A stretch of DNA of 63,966 nucleotides, the filler included, from Reticulomyxa filosa (taxonomy: Eukaryota > Protista > Foraminifera): the NCBI GenBank assembly GCA_000512085.1. It is 17 parts of 17 records of this genome, joined end to end, with 100 filler letters (N's around TTAATTAATTAA, not from the genome) between each part and the next. Parts side by side here need not be neighbours in the genome. Positions count along the whole stretch, not along the records: positions 22,417 to 36,181 come from ASPP01005444.1; positions 36,282 to 37,348 come from ASPP01003780.1; positions 37,449 to 38,474 come from ASPP01015044.1; 14 more parts are not named here. One strand, given 5' to 3'. Shown here one piece after another: positions 22,852 to 38,186 of this stretch; positions within the stretch are counted from its first letter, which is position 1, and every line of letters begins with the position of its first letter. A program made the position numbers and the translations under genes. The notes under the pieces are model-generated. The model saw only the letters and a program-made list of their open reading frames with translations. It was not told the origin of the DNA and did no database searches.

Positions 22852-25724
22852 TTATGAATTTGATGAAATAAAATCTGTATGATCTTCAACAGTATAAGAC
22901 TTTTCGGGTGCGTTTTTAAGAAGATTGATTTGTGTATCTTTTTCATTGCCAGTCGTTGCGGACACGCTGTCGAAGAATTTGATCTGTCGTTTGAAGTATC
23001 GCCTTCTCCAACAAAAGCAAGCAAGCACAAGACCCGCAATTAACACAAGCACCGCGATTGTTATCCCAGCAATAGTTCCACCGGACAATGAGTTTCCATT
23101 GGAACTGGCCGAGCATGATGACGTCCCACACTTGCCGTCGCAAGTCCAATCGTCTGTCAAAAAAAAAAATTAAAATAAACAATGTTCTCTTTTCTCTTAA
23201 AACAGTAAGTTGAAATTATAGGTTGCGACAAAAGTTTTAAAAAAAGAGCAAACCAACCATCCTTCCAATTGTACTCCAAATCACATTGACACATAAGTTG
23301 CGGTGTGCCACAAATGACCCTCACATCTTCACAAGCTTGGACTAGCGAGCCGACCTGACACAAATAGTGATAGCGTCAAAGCCACGATCATTATTGGCGA
23401 TAGTGATATTGATATTCTTGCAAGTTGGATCAGTTTGGGCTGCGCTATCGAGATTACATTCGATGGAACAATAAGTATCGTACTGCTTGCCGCCGTCGTA
23501 TTCAATGGACATGTCCTTGCAGGAAGTGTCACCACCAACACACGTTAAATAAAAACCAGAGTTTTCATTGTTCTTGAACAGCGTATTCGAACAGCCAGTT
23601 CCATTCCATTCGTGCGTATTCCCACACCTTACATTTGTCAATGCCACGTTTGTGCTCTCAAATACTGCGTTCCTGCAGTCATTCTCATGTCCGCCTTTTT
23701 CATTTTTTTTTTTGCACACGTATCGACCCAAAGGCACACGCATACACAAAAAAAAAAAAATGATCAACTTAACAATAAATATCAACGTATTCAATATTAT
23801 TGAATTTCCAAAAGCTGCCTTCAAGTGAACCCCCACGCAGGTCAGTGTTTTCAATGCCAGCAAGAATAGCATTTAATCCGTCAGATAGTGATACCGTGGA
23901 TTGCTCGAATCCTTGCAGATTGGCAAGCGCTATAAATTGAGACGAAAAACCAGTTATATTGAAGTCGGTAAATTGACAAGCGAAATACTCATCGCATGTA
24001 ATGGTTACGTTGTCGTAACCAATTACTTGGAACGAACTGTTGGCACAGCTGAGTGCATAGCCGCAACTAATGTTCAAATTTGAGTTTCCGTTTTTCAGAG
24101 CTGAGGCATTCGCCATTGCTTTTTATATTTTTTGTGTTTTTTTTTTTTTTATTTGCAAAAAAACATTGAGTCGTAAATGTAAAGAAAACCTAAAAATCCG
24201 AGATTATAAAGGCCATTAAAATACAAAGCCGTATTGGTGTTCGCCTCAGCACGCACGCGAATGGCGCCACAGCCCGTGACAGCAGACGTACAATAAAACA
24301 GACACGACGTTGGACGACCATCGGCATCCGGAGCAATTTCGCTGGGACATGAAATCGATATCTGTCCATTCACTCCACTGGTCGAATCTACTCGAATGTT
24401 ACAATCCTTGTTGCTTGGACACGAGTATTCATTTTGCATTGGTATGCCGTCCACAAGCCAAATTGACGTCGCATCCCAATCTTTTCATTTGCATTGCATT
24501 TTTTTTTTTTAGTTTATACGTTTGTTTATTAAACCCCTCTCTCTTTTTTTCTTCATACGTGTATACACACACACACACAACGTGGACAATGAACACCAAA
24601 CTGTTGATTGCGTACTCCGGAAATCCATTGAACTCCCACAAAGCGCCAAATGTATCTCCTGACCCTGCAATATCCAATAAAAACTTATCCACTTGTGTCA
24701 GAGTGTAGAGCCCATCCTTTAGTCCGCTGTCTGATGCTCTAATCGTTAATGAGCTGATGTTCGTAAATTCCCACAATCCATTGTAAAGGGAGTCAACACC
24801 TTCGACTGCAACATTCAAAGTACATCACGTATATACACGCATGCATGCACATATACAAATACATTTATTCTGTTCTTTTTTGTTTTGTTAGAAAATGCGT
24901 TACGTATATTTAAAAAAAAAAAAATCAAACCTTCAAGTGTGGCTACTGCAGCTAATGAAATCGAATTTCTAGGCTTAAAACAGGAATACTCTCCTTTGCA
25001 CTCCATCAAAAAATTGCTGATGTTAACAACAGTCCACGAGGACTGATAACATGCGTATGGAGTTCCACATGTGAGTCGCAGTTCGTTACCTGAGTTGAAT
25101 TGAGCCTTTGCAAAACTCGCGGCATAAGTGGTGCGTATTGGTAAAATGGACTCCATCGTCACATCTACCGACATCGATTTCACTTCATAGGTGAACAGAG
25201 CCATATTTATGCATGATATCTCCCCCTTACACACGATGTTCACGTTATTGGTGTAGTTCAACGTTAGTTCTGGATTAATGGAAGACGAGGTGGAAGACAT
25301 CCAGAACAAGACATAAAGCATGCAAAAAATAAATAAATTTGGGGACTTCATTTGAAAGCATGCCCCCCCCCCTTTTAGTTTGTTTTATATACCTCAACAA
25401 AAAAGAAAACAAGCAAATAAAAGGTATGTACGAACGAGTGTTGCTGGATGCATTTATTGCTGAAAAAAATGAAAAATTAAAAGCATTTCTCACAACTATG
25501 GTCGTATACACGCATGCTTGAGCCTCTGCACAACTAACCGAACAATTCAATGGCTTTGAACTGTTGAATTCTGGAATACATTGCAGTCTGTTGCCACTAC
25601 AGATTTCTTTTGTGCAGGTTATGGAGCAAGTTGGGCTGTAATCACAAAGATTAATTACTTCAAACGCCGCGACTAGTGAAATTATGAAGCAAAATGCTGT
25701 TAAAATGTACAATAAATGCATCAT
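22852..25724 (-). CDS. Large Cys-repeat type I cell-surface glycoprotein
   Basis: Signal peptide (MMHLLYILTAFCFIISLVAA), many I.C-x(4-7)-C repeats with N-glycosylation sequons over multiple exons, a Ser/Gly linker, a TM helix (GTIAGITIAVLVLIAGLVLACFCW-RRR) and a short tail. Apparent 1-nt frameshift at ~23362. Confidence 0.8.
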
Positions 25725-25984
25725 GTAACTTTTCTCGATGTGAGTTTTGGGTTTTTTCTACAAAGGAATTAGTGACGTGTATGGAGTTTTGCAAAATGCG
25801 AGGCTTGTTCTCTGGTCGTTGATTAGTCTGATAATTTATCTCATTTTTTTGGTTTGGACTGTTGTGCTTTGAAACAGATCACATTTGGAGATTACTTATA
25901 TCCGTCATAATACTATATTATACTTTTTTTTTTGCTGAAAAAGTCGATGACGAAAAATAGCCGGAAAAAAAACAAGCAAAGTGT

Positions 25985-27242
25985 TTATGCATGAGTAACA
26001 CAAGAGGTTTTTCCCAACAATTCCTTCATGGCATTAAACCACTCCCAATCTGAAAGGCCAAGTTCATTTTTAACAGTGTGAAACAAAGGGAGTTGACTGA
26101 AGGTGCGCAGAATGCCAAAGGCCATTAAATCGGCCAAGTCTGGTTTTGTTCCGCCATGAAATGTTTCTTTTGTGACTTGGTGCCATTCATTCATGACTTG
26201 AACAAGGGCATCTATTTCTTTTCCTTTCTGTGTTGTCACAATCAAACAATTTTTTTTTAATTCAAAGCGAAAGTATTTATTGATAAAAAAAAAAGGAAAT
26301 GTGTGCAATGATGATATCAGAAAACTGCAATGCCATATTTATGGGAAATACGTTGACCTTGATTTTGGAATAAGGAGATGCAAGATTGTTTCAAAAACAA
26401 TGAATTTAAACCGACACTTTGAAACTTGCTGAATTCATCCAAATAATCAAAATACTGCGTTACATCTTTTTCACTGCTGCCAATGGCGATATACCAATGG
26501 GGTATCAACTCACTGTCCAACCAATCATGCCACGTTTGCACAATCTCACTATTCGCACGTTCTACACATACATACATACATATTCTTAAATATTGTGCAA
26601 GTATAGACTCTCTTTCTTTTTTAACGCACCATATTCCGCATTTGGAATCAAGCCCGTCGTTGTAAAGTAATGTAATAAACTGACGACAATGACATTGGAT
26701 TGATACAACAATTTGTACCTTGCCATGCTTCCTTTGGTTTTTGCTGGCGTGGCCAACAAAATGGGGACATTGCGATCGTGCAAGAAGAACTTTGGATCTG
26801 GCAATTGAGTTTTTGTGATTGGGTTGCATTCGATGAGACTATAGGGAATTTTGTAGTAGTCCAAAAATGACTTCACTTTCCCAGAAAATGGACAACAGTG
26901 GTTTTGATAAATAAACAAACGCCCCAATCGTCCCACTTCCGCAAAACTTCGGCCTGTAAATCGCTCGTAGTCATCACGGGAAAATACACCGTGGATTATG
27001 TTGTCAAACTTTGGATCCATTGTGTATTCTGTCTCTTCTTCCTTCTTGTCATTTTCACTTGTTTGTTTTTCTTCTCCTTGCTGTTGCTGTTGTTGTTTTT
27101 CGTCTGTTGTCTCTTCGTTCACTTGAGCTTTCGATTCTGACGAAAAATATCGAGGAAAGCTTCGAGAAGATAACCATTCGATTTTTCTTGAAAAAGTCAA
27201 ACCACTGCCAACACGTCTGGAATGATGTAATAGACGCTTCAT
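25985..27242 (-). CDS. Prostaglandin E synthase 2-like glutaredoxin/GST protein, probably mitochondrion-targeted
   Basis: YQNHCCPFSGKVKSFLDYYKIPY (cf. PTGES2 YQYKTCPFCSKVRAFLD), VPIL and C-terminal FHGGTKPDLADLMAFGIL (cf. FMGGQKPNLADLAVYGVL). Arg/Ser-rich N-terminal presequence. Three exons. Confidence 0.85.
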
Positions 27243-27524
27243 AATGGATTAATCAGCGAAAAAACTCACAACACGTTCCCCCAGCTAAGTTTTACACCAA
27301 CACAAAACAACTTATTCATCACTTCCAACTGGGAGCAAAATGCCAGGCCAACTATAAGGAGTTTGTGAGTTCTTGTACTTGTAAACACATTGATTTGAAC
27401 CAATTATTATTATAAAATTTGAAATATTAAATTTGAAATTTAAAAATAGTGTAATTAGTGAAAACGGCGTTAATTTTTTTTAAAAAACTCTTGAAAAAAC
27501 TATATTTTTATTATAATAGGCACA

Positions 27525-28130
27525 ATGCTCTTTTGTGACTCAAAAGCTTGGGCATCCATGACTTCCAAGGGTTGGTTGTGCGTTTCTCTTGTTTTTCTAG
27601 TATTAGCAGGGTGCGATGCTACACCGGGTATGTTGTTTTCTCGCAGTCCTTGTACGACACCACAATTGGAAGCAGCTTATATGGGTGCAAAGAACGAAGT
27701 TGGAAACGACTTGCTCTTGCTGATCAATAACGACGAATACACAGCAAATAGCAAGGAATTACAATTGAAATCCGCGCTAGACATGCATGGTAAATATACA
27801 TTGACAATCAAGCGCAAAGATGAAGAGTGGACCCAAATGTTCGTCGATGTCGTTTGTCCGGATGAAATTAAATGTGAAATGATAGACTCACGAAAAATGT
27901 TTATTGTACCGAAAGAGTGCAAAGGGAAGCAATTGTATTCCTATTTCGATTTAGAAGCAATATCATTCGCTTTGGCGTTGGGTGAAACTAAGGTGAATCC
28001 CAACCGACATGAACCATGGCCAATTACAATTACAGTGGCGTATGCACCACATTTTACTCAGGTCAAAATTCAACAATGGCAACTTTTTGTCAACACAAAG
28101 CAATCAAATGAGGAAAAGAATGATTTGTGA
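27525..28130 (+). CDS. Hypothetical secreted protein (intronless)
   Basis: 201-aa ORF with a signal-peptide-like segment (MTSKGWLCVSLVFLVLAGCDA) and a globular-looking remainder with Cys pairs. Confidence 0.65.
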   Translation: MLFCDSKAWASMTSKGWLCVSLVFLVLAGCDATPGMLFSRSPCTTPQLEAAYMGAKNEVGNDLLLLINNDEYTANSKELQLKSALDMHGKYTLTIKRKDEEWTQMFVDVVCPDEIKCEMIDSRKMFIVPKECKGKQLYSYFDLEAISFALALGETKVNPNRHEPWPITITVAYAPHFTQVKIQQWQLFVNTKQSNEEKNDL

Positions 28131-28547
28131 CTTTGTGACATTTTTTTAAAAGAGTGAGAGTCCAATGCTATTTGACTTGCACTCAATTAACTGGAACAAA
28201 TCGTTTCTGGACATTTTTGCTCTTTCCAGAACAAATATGAAACAATTCATTTTTAACATCCGACTTTTATAACGAGCATTTATTAAAACAATAAATTGGA
28301 CAAACAAAAAATATTTATTTGAAAGAAATTTTTTACTTTAAAAAAAAATTCAAAGAATATGACGAATGATTATTTAAGACACTCTCAGTGAATGAATGCG
28401 ATGTTCTATGTGCCGAAGGAAAAAAGCAAAATAGTCAATTTATGCAAAAAGGAGCAAAAGTTAATTGCATTGTGATAAAAAGATTCACAGATATTTCAAA
28501 ATCATAAGGAAAGAATATCTGGAAAAACAGGGCCAAGTTGTTTATTG

Positions 28548-31321
<2,774 letters not shown>

Positions 31322-31488
31322 TATCTTTTTCCGATTTTCAAATTTTTTGTTTGTCCCTTGCACACTTTTCTGCGTGTCTTTTGCGTTTTAAATAATCGCA
31401 CGACTTGGAAGCTCACAAATTGATTAAACAAAAAAAACAAGTGGAAAAAAATAAAAGGAAAACAAAAAATTCAAACTTTTAGTTTGAA

Positions 31489-33934
31489 ATGACACATTTC
31501 CAGAGAATATTAAGCCGACAACGTTATCATCATGCACTATTTAGACCTCTTTCGTGTTTGCCTTCCGCTCCAATAGCTCTGGGAAGGTGCTTCGCAAGTA
31601 ATGTAAACACAGAAGAGAAAAATCTGCACAAACTTGAGGAAATCCAAGACCAACTAAAAAAATTGGAGAAAATGTCTAAAAGCTACAAAAGAAGATTAAA
31701 CTTTGGAACTTTTATGTGGTTATCACCATTTGTTCTGATTGGTTTGTTGCTACATGCATCATTCCAAGAGAAAAGGAAGAAGTTAAACCAAAGCAAAAAG
31801 AAAAAGAATGTTTTTGATCGAAGAGCAAAAAAAAGTATTGTTTTGAAATGAAAAGCTTGCAAAGTTAAAAAGTGAAAAGAAAGTGATACAAATCCGCACA
31901 TCGGGAATCCGTGACTCAGTGTCGGAGTTGGGGAATGCACTATTGGACGAAGACACGATATCATTTGCAAATTTGTTGACACTGATTCGAAAAGCAGCAA
32001 AAGATGAAAATGTGTTGGGCGTATCATTGGTTTTAGAAGAAGGATCGACGATTGGTTTGGCTAAGGTTAGTACATGTGTATATATGCACATGTATATTTA
32101 ATTTAACAAGGAGAAGGGGATATAGACGCAAGAAATAGCAAAAGAGCTGATAGCATTGAAAAATAAAGACAAGTTTGTATTGGCCTATGGCAAGACCGTG
32201 TCGATGAGAGACTTTGTGCTGACGTCATTTTGCGATGGATTGTACTTGCAGCCAACGGCAGTACTGAATCTCTGTGGTCTGGCCTTTCCAGGCGTATTCT
32301 TCAAAGGTTTGCTGGACAAACTGGGAATAGTGCCCTTTGTCGTGAAGCGCGAGCGCTACAAATCGGCAATGGATCCGTTCATAACGGACGCATTCTCCAA
32401 AGAGTATCGCGAGGAAATGGAAACATTGGGCAAGGACTTGCATCAACAATGCTTGCTGTTTATTGCAAATCGATTGCAGTCGCCTTTGCAAAGGGCACAG
32501 GAGATTGTGGACAACGCTCCTTACATTTCGGACGAAGCGATTGCAGAAGGACTGGCGGACGGGGAAATGGGATGGAGCGAATACGAAATCGAATTGGCCA
32601 AAATGTGTTATAGTCGCAAGCAGGTTCACAAGGACGACACCATCGCATACATATCGCCGAGACAATATCTCCGACTCATTCAAGAGCAAGAGAGATGGCG
32701 AAAGACATTGCAATTGATTAAAAACAGTCAAGGAGAGGCTGGTGTGGAAGACAGCAGCACTTTGGCCAAAGCACAGACGGACGACGTCGTGCTCTCCTCA
32801 TTACCACAGTCGTCATCTACATCTCAGACGATTCGCTCTGATCATGAAAAAGTCGATGCCAATTCCAAAACAAACGTCAGTGACAATGACAAAAAAAAAA
32901 TTATTGCATTGATCAATATGTCCGGTCCCATTGTTACGTGCTATCCTTTGTTTTCTTTTTCTATTCATCAATATATATGTATATATACATATATATGCTG
33001 CCCTCTTATAGCGCCCTGGTGAAAGCGACACAGTCGAGTGTGGCAGTGATACCATTCAAAAACTTGTCACCACTGCCGCTAATACCCCGGATGTCGTTGG
33101 CATCGTTTTGCGCATCGATTCTCCTGGAGGTGATGCGGTGGCGTCCGAAAGCATTTGGGATGCTGTCAATCAGGCCCGTCAGACTGGAAAACCCATTGTT
33201 GCATCTATGGGTGATGTCTGCGCCTCTGGTGGATATTATGTGGCCTGTGCAGCAAATAAAATTGTTGCTTCACCAGGTTTTTTTGCGTGTGTCACACTTT
33301 TTTTTTTTATCTCCAAGTCGTCAATCATTACAAAAAAAAAATTCTTTTATTCACAGCAACCATTACTGGCTCCATTGGAGTAATCATGGGATCATTTTCC
33401 ATTGGCCAAATGTTAAAAAAGATTGGAATCACTTATGAGACCATTAAATTTGGTGAAAATAGTGATTACTTAAACATATTTGAATATCCCTCTGTCAAAG
33501 CGCAAGAACGAACGGACGTACAGCTTGATAAAATGTATGATACCTTTCTCAAGAGAGTTGCCAAAGGTCGAAATATGACAAAAGAACAAGTGAGGGAAGT
33601 TGCTCAAGGCCGAGTTTGGACCGGGGTGCAAGGGCGTGCCAATGGCCTCGTCGATGAATTGGGAGGGTTGTACCACGCCAAAAAGATATGTGAAGAATTG
33701 GCGAAAGTTGAACCTGAAGATACCAAATTTGTCAAATTCGTCGGACGTGCTGAGGCCATGTTCGACCTTATTGACTTGTGGAGTGATTTTGGAGTTGTCT
33801 CTAAAGTTATTGCCCCAATTCATCACTTTATGTCCATGACTCATCGAATTCAACATGTTTTCAGTGAGTCTCAATGCCATGATAAACCACAATTCTTATG
33901 GTCACCTTTGGCAAAAACCATGACAACCGTGTGA
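31489..33934 (+). CDS. sppA: Signal peptide peptidase SppA (protease IV, 67-kDa tandem S49 type) with organellar presequence
   Basis: Catalytic Lys motif RERYKSA, RIDSPGG, catalytic Ser motif SMGDVCASGGYY, ITGSIGV and VAQGRVWTG..A...GLVDELGG. Arg-rich N-terminal presequence plus one TM helix. GT-AG introns; the first intron's boundaries are uncertain. Confidence 0.93.
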
Positions 33935-35643
33935 AATCCAAAAAAAAAAGGCAAACATTTATCAAGTTCACAAATCAAGTTTAAAAACTTTAGATCAGCA
34001 TTAATGAATTCTTCAAACATTTTGATATTTATAATTTTTTGAAATAGATTTTTGTTTGTCAGAAAATTCACAAAAAGAAAATGTGTAAAATAACATACAT
34101 AATAAAATATATTCCAATGACAATACATATTTTTTTGGAGAAGCAATTTGTGACGGATATAACAATATTGAACTCCAGATAGTGCTACTACTGCTAAACA
34201 GTCTTGCACCAACGCAATATGTTAGCGTAATAAACAATGTGCAAAAATAGTTTCAGTAAAAACAGATCTTCTAAATTACTTTATTGCTAGCAAATCTTAC
34301 AAAAGCGTTTGAAATAAAAAATATTTGTACACAATGTTGTCTGCTTTAAAAATTACAAAAATAACCTAAATCACACAACGTTTCAATACAATATTTCATT
34401 TTTAGAAAAATGATTTTACAAAATAAACTCAAATTGTTTGAGTCATCACATAATTTTCTTTCTATTCACTGATTTTTCTATCTTTCAACAACAATTATTT
34501 TGTGTTGAATATTAAAAAAATATAATTTGTAAATAATAATCAGGTTCAACTTATTACATTCATGACACATTTTCAAAGATATTTTAATTTTATTTCAACA
34601 AATATATTTTCCTATTTTTGAAAAATGCTAAAACTAATTGTTTTATATAAATTCAGAAAGACTAGTTTTGTCGTGTTGGAAAAGAATAATAATTTTTTTG
34701 ATCTTTAATGTTAATGATAGATTTAAAATATTAATACAAAATTGTTGAAAATTTCAGATATTGTGAAATGTCAGATATCTTTCAAATACTCAATGGCCCA
34801 AACGAAGTTGCAGGAAACATTAGGACAGACAGAATATGATGAACAAGCAAAAATGGCAAACAAAATTTTGCTACCTTGCTACTAAATAAGTCAATTAAAT
34901 AACTTCAAAACTTTTTGATGATTATCAGCGTTTAAATTTTTTTGTTTTGATTTTCTTTAATTCGTTGAAAGAAGTAGATTAAATCCCAATATATTTCGAG
35001 ATTTCAACGCTTTTAAAACAAGAGCTCAGAGGGCTCGGTCGATCCAATTGATGAACCAAAATTGTTTTAACAGCAGTTGACTGATCTCGCCACACAAGAT
35101 TCCACAGCAAAGTATAATAATTGTTCATTATCTACTGGAAACGGGAGGCTTGCGGGAGAAGGTCGAACATTGATTGCATTAAGAGTGTTAGACACCTTTG
35201 AGAAATTGGCAATATCAAGGCAAATATCAGGTTTTGTGTTTATTAGAATTCAGAGGGTCGAGTGATTTCTACTGAACATCGGTGATTAAGTTCATTGGAT
35301 TAAGAAACAAGAATGCGTGTCCAGAAAAGTATTAGCACATACATTTTCTGGAAATTTTTGGATATTATTTGTTCAGTTTGCAGTTGATGTTAATGAGCAG
35401 CAACAAACTCAACTAGCTCATAACTTCAATGATGAGAAGAATGGACAAATAGAACAAAAAGAAAATCGAGATGGTAAACATATTGTAAGGTAGCTAAGAT
35501 GTAACATTTATTGTAAGACATTAGCTGCTAACAAATAAAAAGCGTGAAGAAGCAGTGACTAATCCTGAAGTGAATCGATATGTTGCTTCGAGGAGTATTG
35601 TTATTCCTATTTGGATGGAGTTTCCGAATGTGACATATACTAA

Positions 35644-36181
35644 TTGCATGGAAAAAGGCAAACATTATGCATGTTCATAAGCCTGATTAGAGACCATAGT
35701 CAGTGCAAGTTATCAAATGTCGGTAAATTGATGGAAAGAATCATCACAAGGAGATTAATGTGGTGGTTGAATGAAAAGCAGTTATTACATCAAACACAAG
35801 CAGGGTTCCAGTATTGGCAAAACACAAACGAATTGTTATTGCGATTGACTGCGAAGATCCACAAATCATTCGATTGCAATTTAGTCTCGTATGGACTTGC
35901 CAACAGTTATCCAACAACATATTCAATGTGGATGTGGCATTGTGGACATCAATATTTACAAGTTATGTTAATGAAATGCGATCAACTAATGTTATTACAA
36001 CAAAGTTTGGATGGAGTTTCCACTTGGTCCAATAAATGGAAGATGTTGCTTGCAGCTGATAAGACGTAATGCATCACATTCAGACACCAGAACAAGAAGA
36101 AATTCACAAAGATACAATTGACATTAAAGTAGGCAAATTTAAAGGAATGTGATCATGTGAAGTATCTTGGATTGTCCTTGA
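35644..36181 (+). mobile_element. Degenerate non-LTR retrotransposon reverse transcriptase fragment
   Basis: LSNVGKLMERIITRRLMWWLNEKQLLHQTQAGF (RT domain 1-2), DVALW, LQQSLDGVSTWSNKWKMLLAADKT and VKYLGL. Internal deletions and frameshifts. Confidence 0.85.
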
Positions 36182-36281
36182 NNNNNNNNNNNNNNNNNNN
36201 NNNNNNNNNNNNNNNNNNNNNNNNNTTAATTAATTAANNNNNNNNNNNNNNNNNNNNNNNNNNNNNNNNNNNNNNNNNNNN

Positions 36282-37106
36282 ATTGATATGGTCGTCGAAT
36301 ATAGTGTTATTACACAAAGACATTGCAAGGGAAAATGGCTTGAACACAGTTGGCAATTCAATGTTGTAACACAGACCAGCATTCTCGGAATATCGCAAAG
36401 ACTTGTTGCTTCCACACATCAACACATGCAGCCCAAGAAAAAAACAAGAAGGCAAAAAAAAAAAAAAGCACAAATGTCGACTTGAAGAATAGCAGCCACT
36501 ATTTAAAGGTCAGTGTGAATATATGTTGTTTGTGTCATACTTTCAGCTGTTGTAATATGCATCAGCCAAGGCAATGTAAACATAGATCCCTTTATTGTGA
36601 AGTACTTTAGTTTTGGTTTGGAGTGAGATAAAGAGGAACATGAGATTAATGGTAAGAAAAAAGACGAAAATGTGGATCAATAATGTTAGGAATGTATCGA
36701 CTACTTCAAACAATATGACAAGTATTAATGGATCGTGTGGAAGAGTAGCGACGACAATGACAATATACCAGTGCAAGAAGTACAAACATATTTCGAGAAG
36801 CAAGGCGTGTCCACGTCCATAGAGACAAAGTGGATGAAAGAGAATCGACACAATACATCACCGGGAGATTATAAATGACATGCAAGGAAACGAAGCAGGA
36901 GTGTTGTGTGTTCTGCAATCACAACAAATAACATTCACTCCAGTTATAATGTGCATCGTTTACCCAAGTACCCGTGGTTGCATATTATGTTGTGTGTGGT
37001 TTCCAATGCCATGCATACATTAGAGATGCAGATTGGGTATGACTTGGATGTCAATTTGGTGGAGAATATTCAAATTATGGATTATTGCAATTCGTTTGGT
37101 AATTGA
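36282..37106 (+). pseudogene. Possible decayed Cys-rich zinc-finger (RING/IBR-like) gene
   Basis: Scattered Cys motifs (ICCLCH, KACPRP, CKETKQECCVFC) in broken frames. Confidence 0.3.
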
Positions 37107-37448
37107 ATTGTTTTCTCAATACAAAAAAATCTGTTTATCGTCGTCCAGATAAAATTGACAAGAAATGACTAGATTACTTCATCAAAGTGAAACTGCAACT
37201 ATTTTGTCTTTCTTTTTTAATTAGTCCAAATCACTTTTTTAATAAATGCATTTGCTTGTTCGTGTGTTCTCAAAATCGATGATAGCGAATTAATTTGTTT
37301 TTTGTTGTTAAATTGACAGGGACTAGAATACTCCAAAGTCACAAGTAGNNNNNNNNNNNNNNNNNNNNNNNNNNNNNNNNNNNNNNNNNNNNTTAATTAA
37401 TTAANNNNNNNNNNNNNNNNNNNNNNNNNNNNNNNNNNNNNNNNNNNN

Positions 37449-37484
<36 letters not shown>

Positions 37485-37499
37485 GTAGGAAAAAAAGGG

Positions 37500-38127
37500 A
37501 GAGGAGGGGAAAAACGACCCCATACACGACAACGATTGGGGTACTTTTGCAATAGTGTGAAAAATACTGCATGTATTCAAATCAATTGGCAGACTGCTGC
37601 GTATTGTTTGTAAACAAAGACCCGATGGTCGCATCGGTGTTGTTGGGGGGATTGCTCAAAGTTATATTGTCCTGACACTCGAGTTTGCAAAGGGCGTTTC
37701 TATTTCACACAGTGTGCATGTGATATATCACGGGACTATATATATATATACATATACATATGTATATTCGACATAAACAAATTGTACAATGTGCTATGTA
37801 CGTGTGTTATACAATATGCACGAATACGATTACAAATTTACCCTACTATCCAAAAAAAAAATGCTTGACATATGGTGCATATACATATATGTACACACAA
37901 TATTCGCCTACACATAGTTTTGGCCTTGCCTGTCGCCCACAAAGCAAGCCTTCTTTTTGAGGGAAATGATCAGCATCATCAGCGCATTGGTGGAACATGA
38001 TCAGGGCTTTGAATATCAGACCTACAGAACGATTTTAGTGAGTTGTGTTTCACCATTGTCAATACAAAAAAAACAGTCACTTGTTCTAGCATTCCAATGA
38101 TTACAAATACATTTCTCATATTCATTT

Positions 38128-38186
<59 letters not shown>

